Part shown: in pieces, positions 10,999 to 23,338 of the stretch
Position numbering within the stretch: the stretch's first letter is position 1
Layout: every line of letters starts with the position of its first letter
From: a bacterium
GTDB lineage: Bacteria; SAR324; NAC60-12
NCBI GenBank assembly: GCA_965209155.1
Contig: OZ242383.1
Coordinates: forward strand, 1,056,001 to 1,120,000
Length of the DNA stretch: 64,000 nucleotides
Direction of reading: 5' to 3'
Program-made: the position numbers and the translations under genes
Notes under the pieces: model-generated
Database searches by the model: none
What the model saw: only the letters and a program-made list of their open reading frames with translations
What the model was told of the DNA's origin: nothing

Positions 10999-13086
10999 TT
11001 ATACATTGAGGTTTTGAGATATTTCCACTATTTCACCCAATACGTTTTCAACTACGGGTTCATAGTGACTGAATTGCATCGAATAAACGGCACGCCCTTG
11101 GGTTGCCGATCTGAGGTCGGTGGAATAGCCGAACATCGCAGCCAACGGAACTTCTGCCAAAACCACATGTGCTCCGGAACGTTCCGACATTCCTCTTACA
11201 CGGCCCTTGCGGGCATTCAAATCATTGATGACCTGTCCCATATGTTCTATAGGAACGGATACTTCTACTTCCATTACAGGTTCTAGTATAACTGGATTGG
11301 CTTGTCGAGCTCCCTCTTTTAAAGCCTTTGAAGCAGCCATTTTGAAAGCCAATTCAGTCGATTCATTATCCAGTGCGATTCCTTCAATCAGAACCGCTTT
11401 TAAATCAATCAGTGGATAACCCGCCAGGACTCCTGCATCTGAAGCTTCTTTCAACCCTTGTTCAATTGCTGCAATAAATCGATCCTCCAGCGCTTCCTGG
11501 ACCTGGTTTGCAAAAACGAAACCGCTTCTTGGTTCCAAAGGAATAAACTCCAACCTGCAAAAAGCATACTGTTCTTTTCCCCCGATTAGCTGGCTGACCT
11601 CACTTTTGATGATTTTTTTGGTGGTAATGGTTTCCCGGTAAGCCACTCGGGGTTTTCCCACGTTGCATGCTACTCGAAATTCCTTTTTTAATCGTCCTAC
11701 AATTATTTCCAGGTGGAGTTCTCCCATTCCAGAAATTAAGGTCTGACCCGTTTCCTCTTCAATTCGTGAATGAAATGAGGGGTCTTCTTTTGTCAGTTTC
11801 TCCAGAGTTTGCGCCAATTTGACTTGATCCAGCTTGGTTTTCGGTTCTATGGCAATATCAATGACTGGTTCCGGGAAATGGGTTTGATCCAGGAGTAATG
11901 GTTTTTTTTTTGTACAAAGAGTATCCCCCGTGGTAGTGAAATTGAAACCAAGAACGGCTCCTATGTCTCCAGCACCGATTTTATCTACTTCTTCACGCTT
12001 GTTGGAGTGCATCTTCAATAAAGAACCTACCCGCTCAATTTTTTTCTTCACCGGATTATATACTGATTTACCGGACTCTAAAACGCCGGCGTACACTCTC
12101 ACAAAGGTCAATTGTCCTGCGAATGGATCCGTTGCGATTTTAAAAGCAATTGCGCACAATGCCTCGTCATCCACTGTTTTCAAAGAGATGTTCTCCTGTG
12201 TTTCCGGATCAATTCCCGTCACTGTCGGAAAATCCGGTGGAGAGGGCAAATATTTGATCACGGCATCCAACAATGGTTGTATTCCCTTATTTTTATATGA
12301 GGAACCACATAAAACCGGAGTCACCAGATTTTTACGGGATCCCTGCCGTAAGGCGAGTTCAATTTCTTTCGATTCAATCTTTTCTTCTTCCAGGACCTTC
12401 TCCATCAAATGATCGTCCAATTCAGCAACAACCTCCAAGAGAGACTCCCGGTAGTGATCAGCTCGTTCTCGATACTCTGCAGGAATGGTTTTCACTTCGA
12501 AATTCAATCCTGATGCAGTTTTATTGAAATAGATGGCTTCCATCTTGATCAGGTCGATCACTCCTTGGAAGTCGTCTTCTCTACCTAGTGGAAGTTGGAT
12601 TGCTACGACCTTTGCATCGAGTTTCTCCTCCATCATGGTCAGAACCCTGTAAAAATCGGCTCCAACCCGATCCATTTTATTGACGTAGGCGATTCGCGGA
12701 ATCGAGTAGCGATCTGCTTGTTGCCAAACAGTTTCCGACTGGGACTGAACCCCGGACGCTCCGCAAAAAATTGCAATCACTCCATCTAAAATACGTAGGG
12801 AACGTTCTACTTCAAAAGTAAAATCAACATGGCCGGGGGTATCGATTATATTAATTCCATAATCGTCATTGTCCACCCTCCAAAAACAAGTTGTCGCAGC
12901 CGACGTGATAGTAATGCCGCGCTCTTGTTCTTCTTCCATCCAATCCATCGTTGCCGCGCCATCGTCGACTTCTCCAATTTTGTGAATACGTCCGGTAAAA
13001 TATAAAATTCGTTCCGTGGTCGTTGTTTTTCCAGCATCGATATGGGCCATGATCCCAATATTTCGCCTGGATCTTGAATGAATCAA
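10999..13086 (-). CDS. fusA: Elongation factor G (diverged domain IV)
   Basis: [24 protein letters not shown]; str operon position. Confidence 0.95.
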   Translation of the reverse strand: MIHSRSRRNIGIMAHIDAGKTTTTERILYFTGRIHKIGEVDDGAATMDWMEEEQERGITITSAATTCFWRVDNDDYGINIIDTPGHVDFTFEVERSLRILDGVIAIFCGASGVQSQSETVWQQADRYSIPRIAYVNKMDRVGADFYRVLTMMEEKLDAKVVAIQLPLGREDDFQGVIDLIKMEAIYFNKTASGLNFEVKTIPAEYRERADHYRESLLEVVAELDDHLMEKVLEEEKIESKEIELALRQGSRKNLVTPVLCGSSYKNKGIQPLLDAVIKYLPSPPDFPTVTGIDPETQENISLKTVDDEALCAIAFKIATDPFAGQLTFVRVYAGVLESGKSVYNPVKKKIERVGSLLKMHSNKREEVDKIGAGDIGAVLGFNFTTTGDTLCTKKKPLLLDQTHFPEPVIDIAIEPKTKLDQVKLAQTLEKLTKEDPSFHSRIEEETGQTLISGMGELHLEIIVGRLKKEFRVACNVGKPRVAYRETITTKKIIKSEVSQLIGGKEQYAFCRLEFIPLEPRSGFVFANQVQEALEDRFIAAIEQGLKEASDAGVLAGYPLIDLKAVLIEGIALDNESTELAFKMAASKALKEGARQANPVILEPVMEVEVSVPIEHMGQVINDLNARKGRVRGMSERSGAHVVLAEVPLAAMFGYSTDLRSATQGRAVYSMQFSHYEPVVENVLGEIVEISQNLNV

Positions 13087-13108
13087 AACACGTTACCTGC
13101 AAATGAGG

Positions 13109-13582
13109 TTACCATCGATAGTGTGCAAACGCCTTATTGGCATCCGCCATTTTATGAGTGTCCTCTTTTTTCTTGACGGAAGATCCTCTGTTATGGAAGG
13201 CATCTAATAGTTCTTCGGCTAATTTTCCCCTCATGGATTTACCGCTGCGCCCATTTGCATAAGATATCAGCCAGCGAATAGCCAATGCTTGACTGCGATC
13301 ATGTTTCACTTCTATGGGCACTTGATAAGTTGATCCTCCAACGCGACGAGATTTCACTTCCAGGACCGGACACACATTTTTAACCGCATTTCTGAAAATT
13401 TCGAGCGGCGGGGTCTCTGTTTCTTTCTTTTCAATGATATCAAAAGCGCCATATAAAATCTTTTCAGCAGTGCTTTTTTTACCACTTTTCATCAGACAAT
13501 TAACAAACTTGCTAACCAGTTGATCTTTATGTGTGGGATCTGGCAGTACCTCCCTTTTTTCTGCCGCATGTCGTCTGGCCAT
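13109..13582 (-). CDS. rpsG: 30S ribosomal protein S7
   Basis: [22 protein letters not shown]. Confidence 0.99.
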   Translation of the reverse strand: MARRHAAEKREVLPDPTHKDQLVSKFVNCLMKSGKKSTAEKILYGAFDIIEKKETETPPLEIFRNAVKNVCPVLEVKSRRVGGSTYQVPIEVKHDRSQALAIRWLISYANGRSGKSMRGKLAEELLDAFHNRGSSVKKKEDTHKMADANKAFAHYRW

Positions 13583-13598
13583 AGTTTCTTCTTAGCTC

Positions 13599-13967
13599 CT
13601 AGTTGCGTTTAGTCCCATATTTTGAGCGCCCTTGCTTCCTTTCAGATACTCCAACCGTGTCTAAAGCCCCCCGGATGATGTGGTAACGAACTCCGGGCAA
13701 ATCTTTAACTCTCCCTCCACGCAGCAAAACAACCGAGTGTTCTTGTAGATTGTGTCCAATTCCAGGAATATAACTCGTCACTTCAATCCCATTGCTCAAT
13801 CGAACCCTGGCCACTTTCCGCAATGCCGAGTTCGGTTTTTTTGGAGTGGAGGTATAAACTCTCATGCATACGCCTCGTTTTTGAGGACAACCTTGCAGAG
13901 CGGGTGTATCGCTTTTGGATGTCTTTTTTACCCGTCCTCTGTGAACCAATTGATTTAATGTTGGCAT
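13599..13967 (-). CDS. rpsL: 30S ribosomal protein S12
   Basis: [22 protein letters not shown]. Confidence 0.99.
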   Translation of the reverse strand: MPTLNQLVHRGRVKKTSKSDTPALQGCPQKRGVCMRVYTSTPKKPNSALRKVARVRLSNGIEVTSYIPGIGHNLQEHSVVLLRGGRVKDLPGVRYHIIRGALDTVGVSERKQGRSKYGTKRN

Positions 13968-14417
13968 TTCAATACTTCCACGGCCTTGAAAAATTTTTTT
14001 AAATAAGGATTTTTTGAACCCTGTTTTATCCAGTGTTTGTCAGTCTTGTTCCCGGAGTCACTTTCTCCCTGTTGTTTCCATGAGTTTTGAAAAACTATGA
14101 GTGACTCACACCAAAAGACCAGTTTTTGCTCTTTAATCAACAAAGAATTTATTAAAATCCGACATACTAACAAATGAATTACTGGAAAGCAACATAAAAA
14201 TTAAATTAATTTGAGAAAATATTCAAAAACCTGAATCCAAACTATGGTCATGAATCTTATTTTAAGTTTCACGAGCAAAGATTACTTACCTCAATTGAAT
14301 TTTTCAAGAAAAAGATACGCTAATGGAAGGCGCAAAACTCGCTGTGCCATATATCGCGATTTCAGAATGAATCAGCTATAGTGAGCGCAACTTCATGTTC
14401 ACAATAGTTAAGACGAA

Positions 14418-16484
14418 TTGAATCCTTCGATGCAATCTTCGCGAATCAAAATAGGTGGCGCAACGTTGAATCAAATACCTTTGGACTGGCAGGGTAACCA
14501 GGATCGCATCCTGCAGGCCATTACCCGGGCAAAACAAGAAGGGGTAGCGATTTTGGGTTTACCCGAGTTGTGTCTTTCGGGATATGGCTGTGAAGACGCC
14601 TTCCATGCGGCTGGTGTCAGTGAAACAGCCTGGCAGATGCTGATGGGAATCCTTCCTCACACGTCCGGGATCACTGTCGCCGTCGGAATTCCAATTCACT
14701 CGAATCATGTACTTTACAATGCGCTGGCTCTTGTTTGCGACGGTTGTCTTCGTGGTATTGCCGTCAAGCAATTTTTACCTGGAGAAGACCTGTATTATGA
14801 GCCCCGCTGGTTCAAACCGTGGCCAGCAGGCGAGGTGCGGACTCTGAGAGTGCAGGATCTCAGCGTGCCTTTGGGTGATTTGATATTTGATCTGGGAAGG
14901 TTGCGCATTGGAGTGGAAATATGTGAAGATGCCTGGGTGGTCAATCGCCCTGCCGGGCGCTTATCGGCTCGAGGAGTAGACTTGATCCTCAACGCCAGTG
15001 CCAGTCACTTTGCCTTGGATCGCTTCGAAGCGCGGCGTCAGATCGTGAAAGAAGGCGCTCGGGCGAGCAATACGACCTACCTTTATAGCAATCTCTTAGG
15101 TTGTGAAGCAGGAAGAATTCTTTATGACGGCACAGTCTTGATCGCCTCCGGGAACCAGGGAATTCTGGCGGAAGGGCCGCGTTTTTCATATCGAGACGTG
15201 GTCTTGACGACTGCGGTTGTCGACCTGGAACTCAATCGATTGCAGCGTCGTAAAAACGTCAACTATCATCCCCTGGATACCTCCCCTGACAATTTGGTGG
15301 ATTGCCCATTTCCCTGGGACTGCTTTACGAAAGAGTCGATTCTCCCGGATCCATTGAGGGATGCGTCTTCAAAATCCGGCCCTGCGCTTGTTTCTCTATC
15401 GCGTTTTGAAGAATTCACCCATGCCGTGGCGCTCGGGTTGTGGGATTATTTGAGAAAAAGCCGCAGCCAGGGGTTTGTCATTTCCATCAGTGGCGGAGCC
15501 GATTCCGCAACTGTCGCCGTGTTGATCTATATGATGGTAAATCTTGCATTGAAAGAACTGGGATGGAAAAATTTTTCCCGCAAACAGGCCCATCTTTCCT
15601 GGCTGCCGGATAATGAGGAGTGGAACGTCGCCGAAGTGATGCGACATATACTGCTTACCGTCTATCAAGGCAGCGAACATTCATCTCGAACCACATTTAC
15701 CGCAGCACGGGAACTGGCAGGCGCACTCCATGCGCGCTTTATTGAATTCGACATCTCTCCCGTGGTTGAAAAATACGCAACCTGGTTGTCAGATGTGCTG
15801 CAACGTCCCCTCAACTGGGAACAGGATGATCTGGCCTTGCAAAACATTCAAGCCAGGGTACGCGGCCCCAGCGTATGGATGCTCGCTAACACCTATGGGG
15901 CCCTCTTGCTTTCAACCAGCAACCGTAGTGAAGCGGCGGTGGGTTACACCACCATGGATGGCGACACTTGTGGAGGTTTGAGTCCCATTGCCGGAATCGA
16001 CAAAGCATTCATTTTAAATTGGTTGCAATGGATGGAAACGCAGGAAGTCATTGCCGGGGGCCCGCTACCGATTCTGAAGTTGATCACTGCGCAAAAACCA
16101 ACGGCAGAATTACGGCCCTCCACCAGCAATCAATCGGATGAAGACGACTTGATGCCCTATCCGATTTTAGATGCCATCGAACGACTGGCAATTCGAGACC
16201 GTAAAATGCCCCTCCAGGTCTGGCGAGATCTGCAGCATCAATTTCCTGCCACCAAGGAGTTCTCCCCGCTTCGTCTGGCATCATTCGTAGAGCGCTTTTT
16301 TCGACTGTGGAGTCGCAATCAATGGAAGCGAGAACGATATGCGCCTTCTTTTCATTTGGATGATGAGAATCTCGACCCCAAAACCTGGTGCCGCTTTCCA
16401 ATTCTATCAGGAGGATTCTCTGAAGAACTCAAATTGCTCCACAAGGAAGTTGCGAAAAACGGAGGCGAAATGAAATCCGATTGA
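14418..16484 (+). CDS. nadE: Glutamine-dependent NAD+ synthetase
   Basis: Nitrilase domain (PELCLSGY, EICEDAW) plus SGGADS and NIQARVR synthetase motifs; start may be ATG 14430. Confidence 0.95.
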   Translation: MNPSMQSSRIKIGGATLNQIPLDWQGNQDRILQAITRAKQEGVAILGLPELCLSGYGCEDAFHAAGVSETAWQMLMGILPHTSGITVAVGIPIHSNHVLYNALALVCDGCLRGIAVKQFLPGEDLYYEPRWFKPWPAGEVRTLRVQDLSVPLGDLIFDLGRLRIGVEICEDAWVVNRPAGRLSARGVDLILNASASHFALDRFEARRQIVKEGARASNTTYLYSNLLGCEAGRILYDGTVLIASGNQGILAEGPRFSYRDVVLTTAVVDLELNRLQRRKNVNYHPLDTSPDNLVDCPFPWDCFTKESILPDPLRDASSKSGPALVSLSRFEEFTHAVALGLWDYLRKSRSQGFVISISGGADSATVAVLIYMMVNLALKELGWKNFSRKQAHLSWLPDNEEWNVAEVMRHILLTVYQGSEHSSRTTFTAARELAGALHARFIEFDISPVVEKYATWLSDVLQRPLNWEQDDLALQNIQARVRGPSVWMLANTYGALLLSTSNRSEAAVGYTTMDGDTCGGLSPIAGIDKAFILNWLQWMETQEVIAGGPLPILKLITAQKPTAELRPSTSNQSDEDDLMPYPILDAIERLAIRDRKMPLQVWRDLQHQFPATKEFSPLRLASFVERFFRLWSRNQWKRERYAPSFHLDDENLDPKTWCRFPILSGGFSEELKLLHKEVAKNGGEMKSD

Positions 16485-16510
16485 TCGCTTCGTTTTCGAA
16501 GGGACCCCAT

Positions 16511-18283
16511 TCAAAATTTACTTGGAGGTTCCAGGCTGATGGGAACAACCGGAAGGTTTTCGATAAGCTTGGGAATCCAACGCGCAAGTCCGCGTTTGGG
16601 AGTTGGATGAAACCAGGCGACGGGAATCCCAAATCGCGCCAACTGCCGCAAGGAGCACCTGAATTTTTGCTGAGCTTCTCGAGCGCTTTCTCCCTGCTTG
16701 GGACTGGTCAGTCCATCGGAGCAGATCAGAACACGATCTCCATGAAACGTCCCTTGCCGTTGGACGCCCCGGACGAGTTGTTGAAGACAGTACGCCAGGT
16801 GACTTGTCCCCCCTGCTTCATTCAATGAAAGCAGGGCCTCTTCCACCTGACGGGTAGTTCCCCGTCTTAAAAGCCACGAAGGGCGACCGTCTTTTAAAAG
16901 CAATATGTGAAACCGGCAAGTACGCGCCAACGGATTCAAAGACAAGAGCGCATTGCGCGCTTCAGATAAAAAGCGGAGAGCTGCCGTCGAGCGGCTGGCG
17001 TCGAGGAATATCCAGACGTTGGCTTTTCGTGCGGAAAAACGGAATCGCATTTGCCAGTTGTTCACTCCCGGCGTCCAGCCCTGCCTGACGGATGCCAGAA
17101 AAGAATGGGTCCAGCAAATGCTGGAGTTTAAATACTGAAACCGGGATTCATATCCGGAAGAATTGCTGGAATGTTTTTTAGTGTCTTTGGATTCCAAATC
17201 TCTTTGCCACCAGGTTCCCAGCCTTTCATACGCCTTCGACCGGGCTGCTTCCAATTTCAAATTATCTGAACGGGATGCGTTGGGGGACAAAGAAATTTTC
17301 AATGCAGCAGCAAGTGACGAAACAGACCGTTGCGCAGTAGTCGGGGGCTTTTCTTTTACCGGGGAGTTCCTGTCAGGTCGATTGGACGATATCGCAGGAG
17401 GAGCAGGAGGCGGGTCGATGCGATTTTCCCGTTGACGATGGCCCAAACAGAGGATCCAGGCCGCCTCTACGTCTTCTGTTTCCACGCATTGTCGTCCTTC
17501 CCAGGCTGCCAGGCAGCGTGAAGTTCTCAAAGCCGCCAATTCAGCGCGCACTCCTTCCAGCTTCAAATCCCGGGCCGTCTGCGCAATCTCTTTACGCAAA
17601 GAGTCTGAAATATGAAGGGATGGCAGTCGTCTGCGGGCCTGCAAAATTTGTTTTTTCAGAGTGTCCAGGGCGGCCTGATGACTTTGGATAAAGGCGGTTT
17701 GATTGTCGTCAAAAGCCATACGGCGTTCCACAATGGTCATCCTCTCTTCTACGGAATAATCATCCGAGACTATAACTCCGTGGGAAAAGCGATCCAGTAA
17801 CTGCGGACGCAAATCTCCTTCTTCCGGATTCATTGAACCAATCAAAATGTAGTGGGCAGCTACTTCCGAGGAAATCCCGTCCCGCTCGATACGGTGCGTG
17901 CCGCTTGCTGCAGAATCCAGGATGTAATCGGAAAGGTGATCCGGCATTAAATTGATTTCATCAATATACAACACACCACGATGAGCTTGCTGAATCAAAC
18001 CGACTCGAGCGGACCATTGCCCCTTCTCCAGGAGAGAAGCCGCATCGACGGAACCCAATAGCCGGTCTTCAGTAGTCCCCAGGGGAACCTCTACAAAAGG
18101 AACGACGCTGCCTTCAAAAGGAGGGAGCGCGTGGGCGAAGGCCCGGGCCAGGGTGCTTTTTGCGCAGCCCCGGTGTCCTGAAAGAATCACCCCCTCCAGT
18201 CGACGGTCGATGGCATGACAGATCATGGAACTCTTGGCGCGTTCCAGCCCTACGATTGCAGTGAAAGGAAATGGAGTACTCAT
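16511..18283 (-). CDS. ChlI/ChlD-like AAA+ chelatase subunit with C-terminal vWA domain (likely CobN partner)
   Basis: FPFTAIVG, GHRGCAKST, YIDEINL, MNPEEGDLRPQLLDRF, Pro-rich linker, DASRS and SDG vWA motifs. Confidence 0.88.
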   Translation of the reverse strand: MSTPFPFTAIVGLERAKSSMICHAIDRRLEGVILSGHRGCAKSTLARAFAHALPPFEGSVVPFVEVPLGTTEDRLLGSVDAASLLEKGQWSARVGLIQQAHRGVLYIDEINLMPDHLSDYILDSAASGTHRIERDGISSEVAAHYILIGSMNPEEGDLRPQLLDRFSHGVIVSDDYSVEERMTIVERRMAFDDNQTAFIQSHQAALDTLKKQILQARRRLPSLHISDSLRKEIAQTARDLKLEGVRAELAALRTSRCLAAWEGRQCVETEDVEAAWILCLGHRQRENRIDPPPAPPAISSNRPDRNSPVKEKPPTTAQRSVSSLAAALKISLSPNASRSDNLKLEAARSKAYERLGTWWQRDLESKDTKKHSSNSSGYESRFQYLNSSICWTHSFLASVRQGWTPGVNNWQMRFRFSARKANVWIFLDASRSTAALRFLSEARNALLSLNPLARTCRFHILLLKDGRPSWLLRRGTTRQVEEALLSLNEAGGTSHLAYCLQQLVRGVQRQGTFHGDRVLICSDGLTSPKQGESAREAQQKFRCSLRQLARFGIPVAWFHPTPKRGLARWIPKLIENLPVVPISLEPPSKF

Positions 18284-21200
18284 TCCAGTTGCCCTTCCAG
18301 TTCAATAAGATTCAATTCCAATGCTTCGATGGTTTGCGGATTGGCCTCTTGCCAGAGTCCCCGTTCATGGGCTTCGAGCAGCCTTTTGACGGAATCTTGC
18401 AGGGCTGCGGGATTGTGACGTTTGAAAAAATCCTGCTGTTTCTCATCTAAAAAAAGGTTGTGGGCGAGTTCCTCGTATTGATAGTCTGCCACAATATCAC
18501 AGGTGGCGTCATAACCAAAAATATAATCGGCCGTCGCCGCCATTTCAAACGCTCCTTTGTAACCATGTTTTTTCATGGCTTCGATCCAGCGCGGATTGAG
18601 CACCCGGCTGCGAAAAACACGATTGAATTCCTCGGAAAGCGTTCGCACTTTGACCCGGTCCGGTTGGCTGGAATCACCATGGTAGGTGACCGGCGCTTTG
18701 CCACGAATGGAATGCACTGCTGCTCGCAAGCCTCCCTGGAATTGGAAATAATCGTCGGAATCCAAAATATCATGTTCCCTGTTGTCTTGATTCTGATGAA
18801 CGACCTCGACCGCTCCCAACCGGTTCTCAAAAAATTCAGGCTGCTCGCTGCTGCTGCCATCCGTATCATAAGCATATCCTCCCCACTTCAAAAAGACCTT
18901 TGTTAAATCCTCACGGGTATTCCAGTTTCCGCAGTCAATCAGTGGTAACAGTCCGGTTCCATAAGATCCGGGACCGGAACTGAAAACGCGCAGACGGGCT
19001 ATTCGTTCGCAATCCTCTACGGTAATTCCTTGTTCCTTCAATTGTTTTTTATCTTCTAACCAAGCTGCTCGAATGGGATTGAGATCTTCCGATTCATCGA
19101 GTGCGGCCAGGCGTTTGGGAATACTGGCAAGCAGTCTCATGGTCTCCCCGAAAGCATCCCGGAACAAACCGGAGACCCGTAAAAGCACATCAACGCGAGG
19201 CCGTCCCAACAAGTGGGCGGGATGGATCTGAAAATCGATAACCCTGCCGGATAGGCGTTCCCAGACTGGTTCACATCCCCACAACCACAGAGCTTGAGCA
19301 ATATCATCCCCCCCGGTACGCATGTTGGAAGTGCCCCAAATCACCATGGCGATGCTGCGTGGACAGGCTCCATATTCTTGTTGGTGACGTTCCAGCAAAC
19401 GCTCCGCCATTTGTTTTCCGCAAAGCCAGGAGGTGGGAGTGGGAATCACCCGGGGATCGATGGAATAGAAATTGCGACCGGTAGGCAAAACGTCGATACG
19501 TCCCCGAGTAGGCGCCCCGGAAGGCCCGGGAGCAATGAACCGACCCTCCAATCCCAGGATCAATTGTTCCATTTCATCCTGACACTGCATCAGGCGGGGA
19601 TGGAGGTGGTTATAAAGCAGTTGACGGAGAATCTTCAGATCTTCACTTTCTTTTTCAGGGAAAGTACGTTTTGCCAGCGCGTCTTCGATCCAATTACGGG
19701 CTTTTCGATCAAGGGCGTCGCGTTCGCCGATTGAAAGCCGCTCCATATCAAAGTCGTGTTCCCTGCCCAACAAACTGTGCAGGAGACCGGGATAATGAGC
19801 CGACGACATGCGTAGCAAACTGAGCAGGAAGTCGATTTTCTGTTCTCCTTCAGGATTTTGTCCGAAAATATGCAATCCGGTGCGAATCTGGCTTTCTTTG
19901 ATTTCACATAAATAATTACCGAGGGCGCTGAGCCAATCCCCTTCCTGCTTCAACTCCTCCCGCCACGAAGCATTTTCCAGGAGATGTTCAATCTCATGTT
20001 CCAACGCGTGCGCCCTTTCGGGATGGAGTGTTTCACAATGCGCGTGTTCCTCTAAAAGACGTTCCACCCGTTGTAAATCGTCGTAAAGACCAGCCCGCGC
20101 GAGTGGCGGAGTGAGATGATCGACGATGACGGCTGAAGATCTTCGCTTGGCTTGAGTACCCTCTCCGGGATTGTTCACGATAAACGGATAGAGATGCGGT
20201 ACCGTTCCCAGACAGATTCTCGGGAAATCATCAGCACCCAGGACCACGCTTCGTCCCGGAAGCCATTCCAGGTTGCCATGTTTGCCAAAATGGACGATGG
20301 CATGAGCCTGAAACGTTTCACGCAACCATAAGTAAAAACTGATATATTCGGGTGGGGGAGGCAAGTCGGGACTGTGGTATATCGCCTGTGTTTGCATACC
20401 AAAACACGAGGAGGCTGGATCCCGACAAATACGTTGCCAAATTGCTTACCAGGAACAGGAATCATCTCGGGCAACTCATGGGACCAGTGTGCAAGCAGTT
20501 CTTCTCGACGATGGGAGGATAATGTAGCGATGAAATTTTCCAATCGTTCTTTGGGAAAGCCCTGTTCACAGGGGTTGCCAAAGCTCAATTCCTCATCATG
20601 GGTCTGCTGGGATTGCAGTAAATGCATCAATGCGTCACCATCTTCCGGAACTTCCTGCAGGCGATAACCCCTTTTTGCCAGGTGCTTCATGAAGAGGACG
20701 ACACTGGCCGGCGTGTCCAATCCCACCCCATTGCCGATTCGGCTGTTTTTACTCGGGTAGTTTGCCAGTATAATGGCGATTTTTTTTGGGGCATTCGTCT
20801 CCGTTCGTAGCATAGCCCATTTTTTAGCAAGGCTCACGACGTCACGGACTTGCTGAAGATCCGGTTGCAATTTTTTGATGGTGTACTCCAGCTCGGGGAT
20901 CCCCTTCCACTCTTCTTTGAAACCCGCCACTGAAGTGAGAATGCGGCCATCAATTTCCGGCAGCGCCACATTCATGGCTACATCAGAAGGAGAAAATCCT
21001 CTTGGATTTTGCAACCATGCGTCTCGATTTTGGGAAGAAACCGGAACTTGTAAAACCGGACAACCCAAGGACTCTAAAAAGGAAATCCGGTTCCCGTCAT
21101 TGATGCAAATAGAAAAACTTTGCAGGGTCAGGATCACATGAGGCGCTCCTGATTGCGACGCATCGAGCAGGGATTGTTGCGCATCGTGGTCACGCAGACT

Positions 21201-21980
21201 GTATGCGTAAAAAGCGCGGACCTGGAATCCCGCCTCGGCGAGGGCATCCCACAAGCAGTCAATGACAGCCATATCACCGGTTTGATACCATGCCCGGTAA
21301 AAACAGACCCAGGCGACAGGGCGGTCTTCATTCAATCCTTGATCCTCTTGCGCTTTCCCTGGTGAAGCCTCCTCCCGGGAGGGAGGAACGGGAAATGAAA
21401 GAGACGGGTTCACGGAAAGTGTTCGCACCGAGTCGCTTTTTTGATACCAGCCGAATTTTGGCATTTTGACAAGAGGAGGAAAATTTATTAAATTCTTCTC
21501 CAGTAGCAATCGCAAACATTCGCCTGCATAGCAGAAATTCTCCAGACCCCCTTCCTTGAAATAATCAAAAAAATGCCGAACCAGCGATTCTTCAAAATTA
21601 CCATATTGGGAAAGCTCCGCATCCCAATGATCGGTTCCTGAGAATACCAGGATGCGTGGAGCGGTTTGCAGGGTTTTCAGGTGGAGAATGCCCTCCATCA
21701 AGTGCGGAAAATAAGATTTTCCTCCCAACAAGCGTAAGACGATTATTTTGGCCTGACTCAATAGTCGCTTGCAATAGTCCTCCGCTACCACCGGTTTTTG
21801 CAAAGGAAGCGCATGAGTGATGCGCAAACGTTTCCCGAAGAGAGGTCCCCAGGTTTGAGCCACGCATGCCAAATCGGTATCTGCCGCGCTGACGAAGAAA
21901 ATTTCTCCGGGAGTTTGCTCAATGCGCTCGTGTCGGAATTCCGCGCTCAATAGTCCATTCTGGGTGGCAATGCGATGCAT
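18280..21980 (-). pseudogene. cobN: Cobaltochelatase CobN, split by a 1-nt frameshift near 20406
   Basis: Two overlapping ORFs; GNGVGLDTPAS, HFGKHGNLEWLPG, LPTGRNFYS, WGTSNMRTGGDD. Adding one G restores IQPPRGFGMQ. Confidence 0.9.
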
Positions 21981-22225
21981 GGGGGTTGCTCAAAACAATT
22001 AAGATGAATAAACTGACAAGAGTGGGTTTTTACCAGACCGGTCAAAAGATTCTGTAAACAGGTCCCTGCTCGAGCGATTAAAAGATACTGCGAAGAAACG
22101 TTAGAAAAAAAAGCTTCAATGTACAAGCAAAATTCCGGAGTGGTGAGGATTCTTCAGGAAACCTCGATCAACAGGTTCCGTGTGGTCCGAGCCTCCGGGT
22201 TGCTCGCATTCCAAGGTCTATATAA

Positions 22226-23230
22226 ATGATTCATCAATCCTTTTTTACGGTGATCGGCTGGCATTCTTCTTTCCTCTTGATGCTCCTGGCCTTGCTGATC
22301 GACCATTTGTTGGGTGATCCTGTGTACCGTTTCCATCCTGTTCGTATGATTGGTACCCTTTTGCTCGTTCTTGAAAGGCGCTTGAGACGCATTGGACTGG
22401 ATGGACGAGGAGGCGGGGTGATATTGGTTCTATTGCTCAGTGTCGTTGTCATGGGAACTTTCGAAGTCTTTTTTCTCATCCTGCAAACAGGGCACTGGCT
22501 TTTGGGATGGATATGGGAGTTATTTGTCGTCTATAGCATGGTCGCCCTCAAAGATTTAAAAGCGCACGGACAACGAGTAATGTTCGCGGCGAAAAAAGAG
22601 GATCTTGCGCAGGTGCGTCTTCAAACGGGGAAAATGGTAGGCAGAGATACGGATCGCCTGGATATGGCTGCCTGCAAACGGGCGGTTATCGAGAGTTTCA
22701 GTGAAAATTTGTCCGATGGCGTGATCGCGCCTCTACTTTATTTGCTGCTATTCGGCGTGCCCGGCATGCTCCTTTATAAAGTCATCAACACCTTGGATTC
22801 CATGGTCGGGTACCGTCATGGAAAGTACCAACAGTTTGGCTGGTTTGCCGCAAGGCTCGATGACCTGGTCAATTGGCTCCCGGCACGTCTGAGCTGGCTC
22901 TTGATTAGTGGGAGCGCCTTCTTTTTTCCAGGTTGCTCTGCCAAAAAGGCGTTCCAAATCGGCTGGTCCCAACACAATCTCCTGCCCAGCCCAAATGCAG
23001 GCTGGCCTCAAGCGGCAGCAGCAGGGGCGCTGCGATTGAAATTGGTTGGTCCCATTTGGAGAAAGGGGCAATTGGCTCACAACCATTGGATCGGCGTCCC
23101 TCAGGACCGGGAAGGCGCCACCGTTGAAGATATTGAGCGAATATCCAAAATTATCAATGGCAGTACGATTCTCTTTGGGATCGGATTTTTTCTCCTGCTG
23201 ATTTTGCTGCAAGTCAGGGTTACTCGATGA
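22226..23230 (+). CDS. cbiB: Adenosylcobinamide-phosphate synthase CbiB/CobD
   Basis: GDPVYRFHPV, ENLSDGVIAPL, NTLDSMVGY, SPNAGWP. Confidence 0.93.
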   Translation: MIHQSFFTVIGWHSSFLLMLLALLIDHLLGDPVYRFHPVRMIGTLLLVLERRLRRIGLDGRGGGVILVLLLSVVVMGTFEVFFLILQTGHWLLGWIWELFVVYSMVALKDLKAHGQRVMFAAKKEDLAQVRLQTGKMVGRDTDRLDMAACKRAVIESFSENLSDGVIAPLLYLLLFGVPGMLLYKVINTLDSMVGYRHGKYQQFGWFAARLDDLVNWLPARLSWLLISGSAFFFPGCSAKKAFQIGWSQHNLLPSPNAGWPQAAAAGALRLKLVGPIWRKGQLAHNHWIGVPQDREGATVEDIERISKIINGSTILFGIGFFLLLILLQVRVTR

Positions 23231-23338
23231 TTAAACACCCATTCTCTTTACATGTCCATGTTCGGGTGTTATCGTCTTCGATAATTTTCTTTATTTAATC
23301 TGACGGTCTGGCGGTCCCCTTTCCTGGATACGGTCACA

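Noticed and set aside
32..13958. Plus-strand ORFs across the ribosomal operon
   Set aside because: Antisense shadows of well-recognised minus-strand genes
17160..17420. Programmed -1 frameshift in the ChlI/D linker
   Set aside because: The ORF is uninterrupted and I saw no in-frame X XXY YYZ heptamer
21981..22225. Cobalamin riboswitch between cobN and cbiB
   Set aside because: No B12-box recognised by eye
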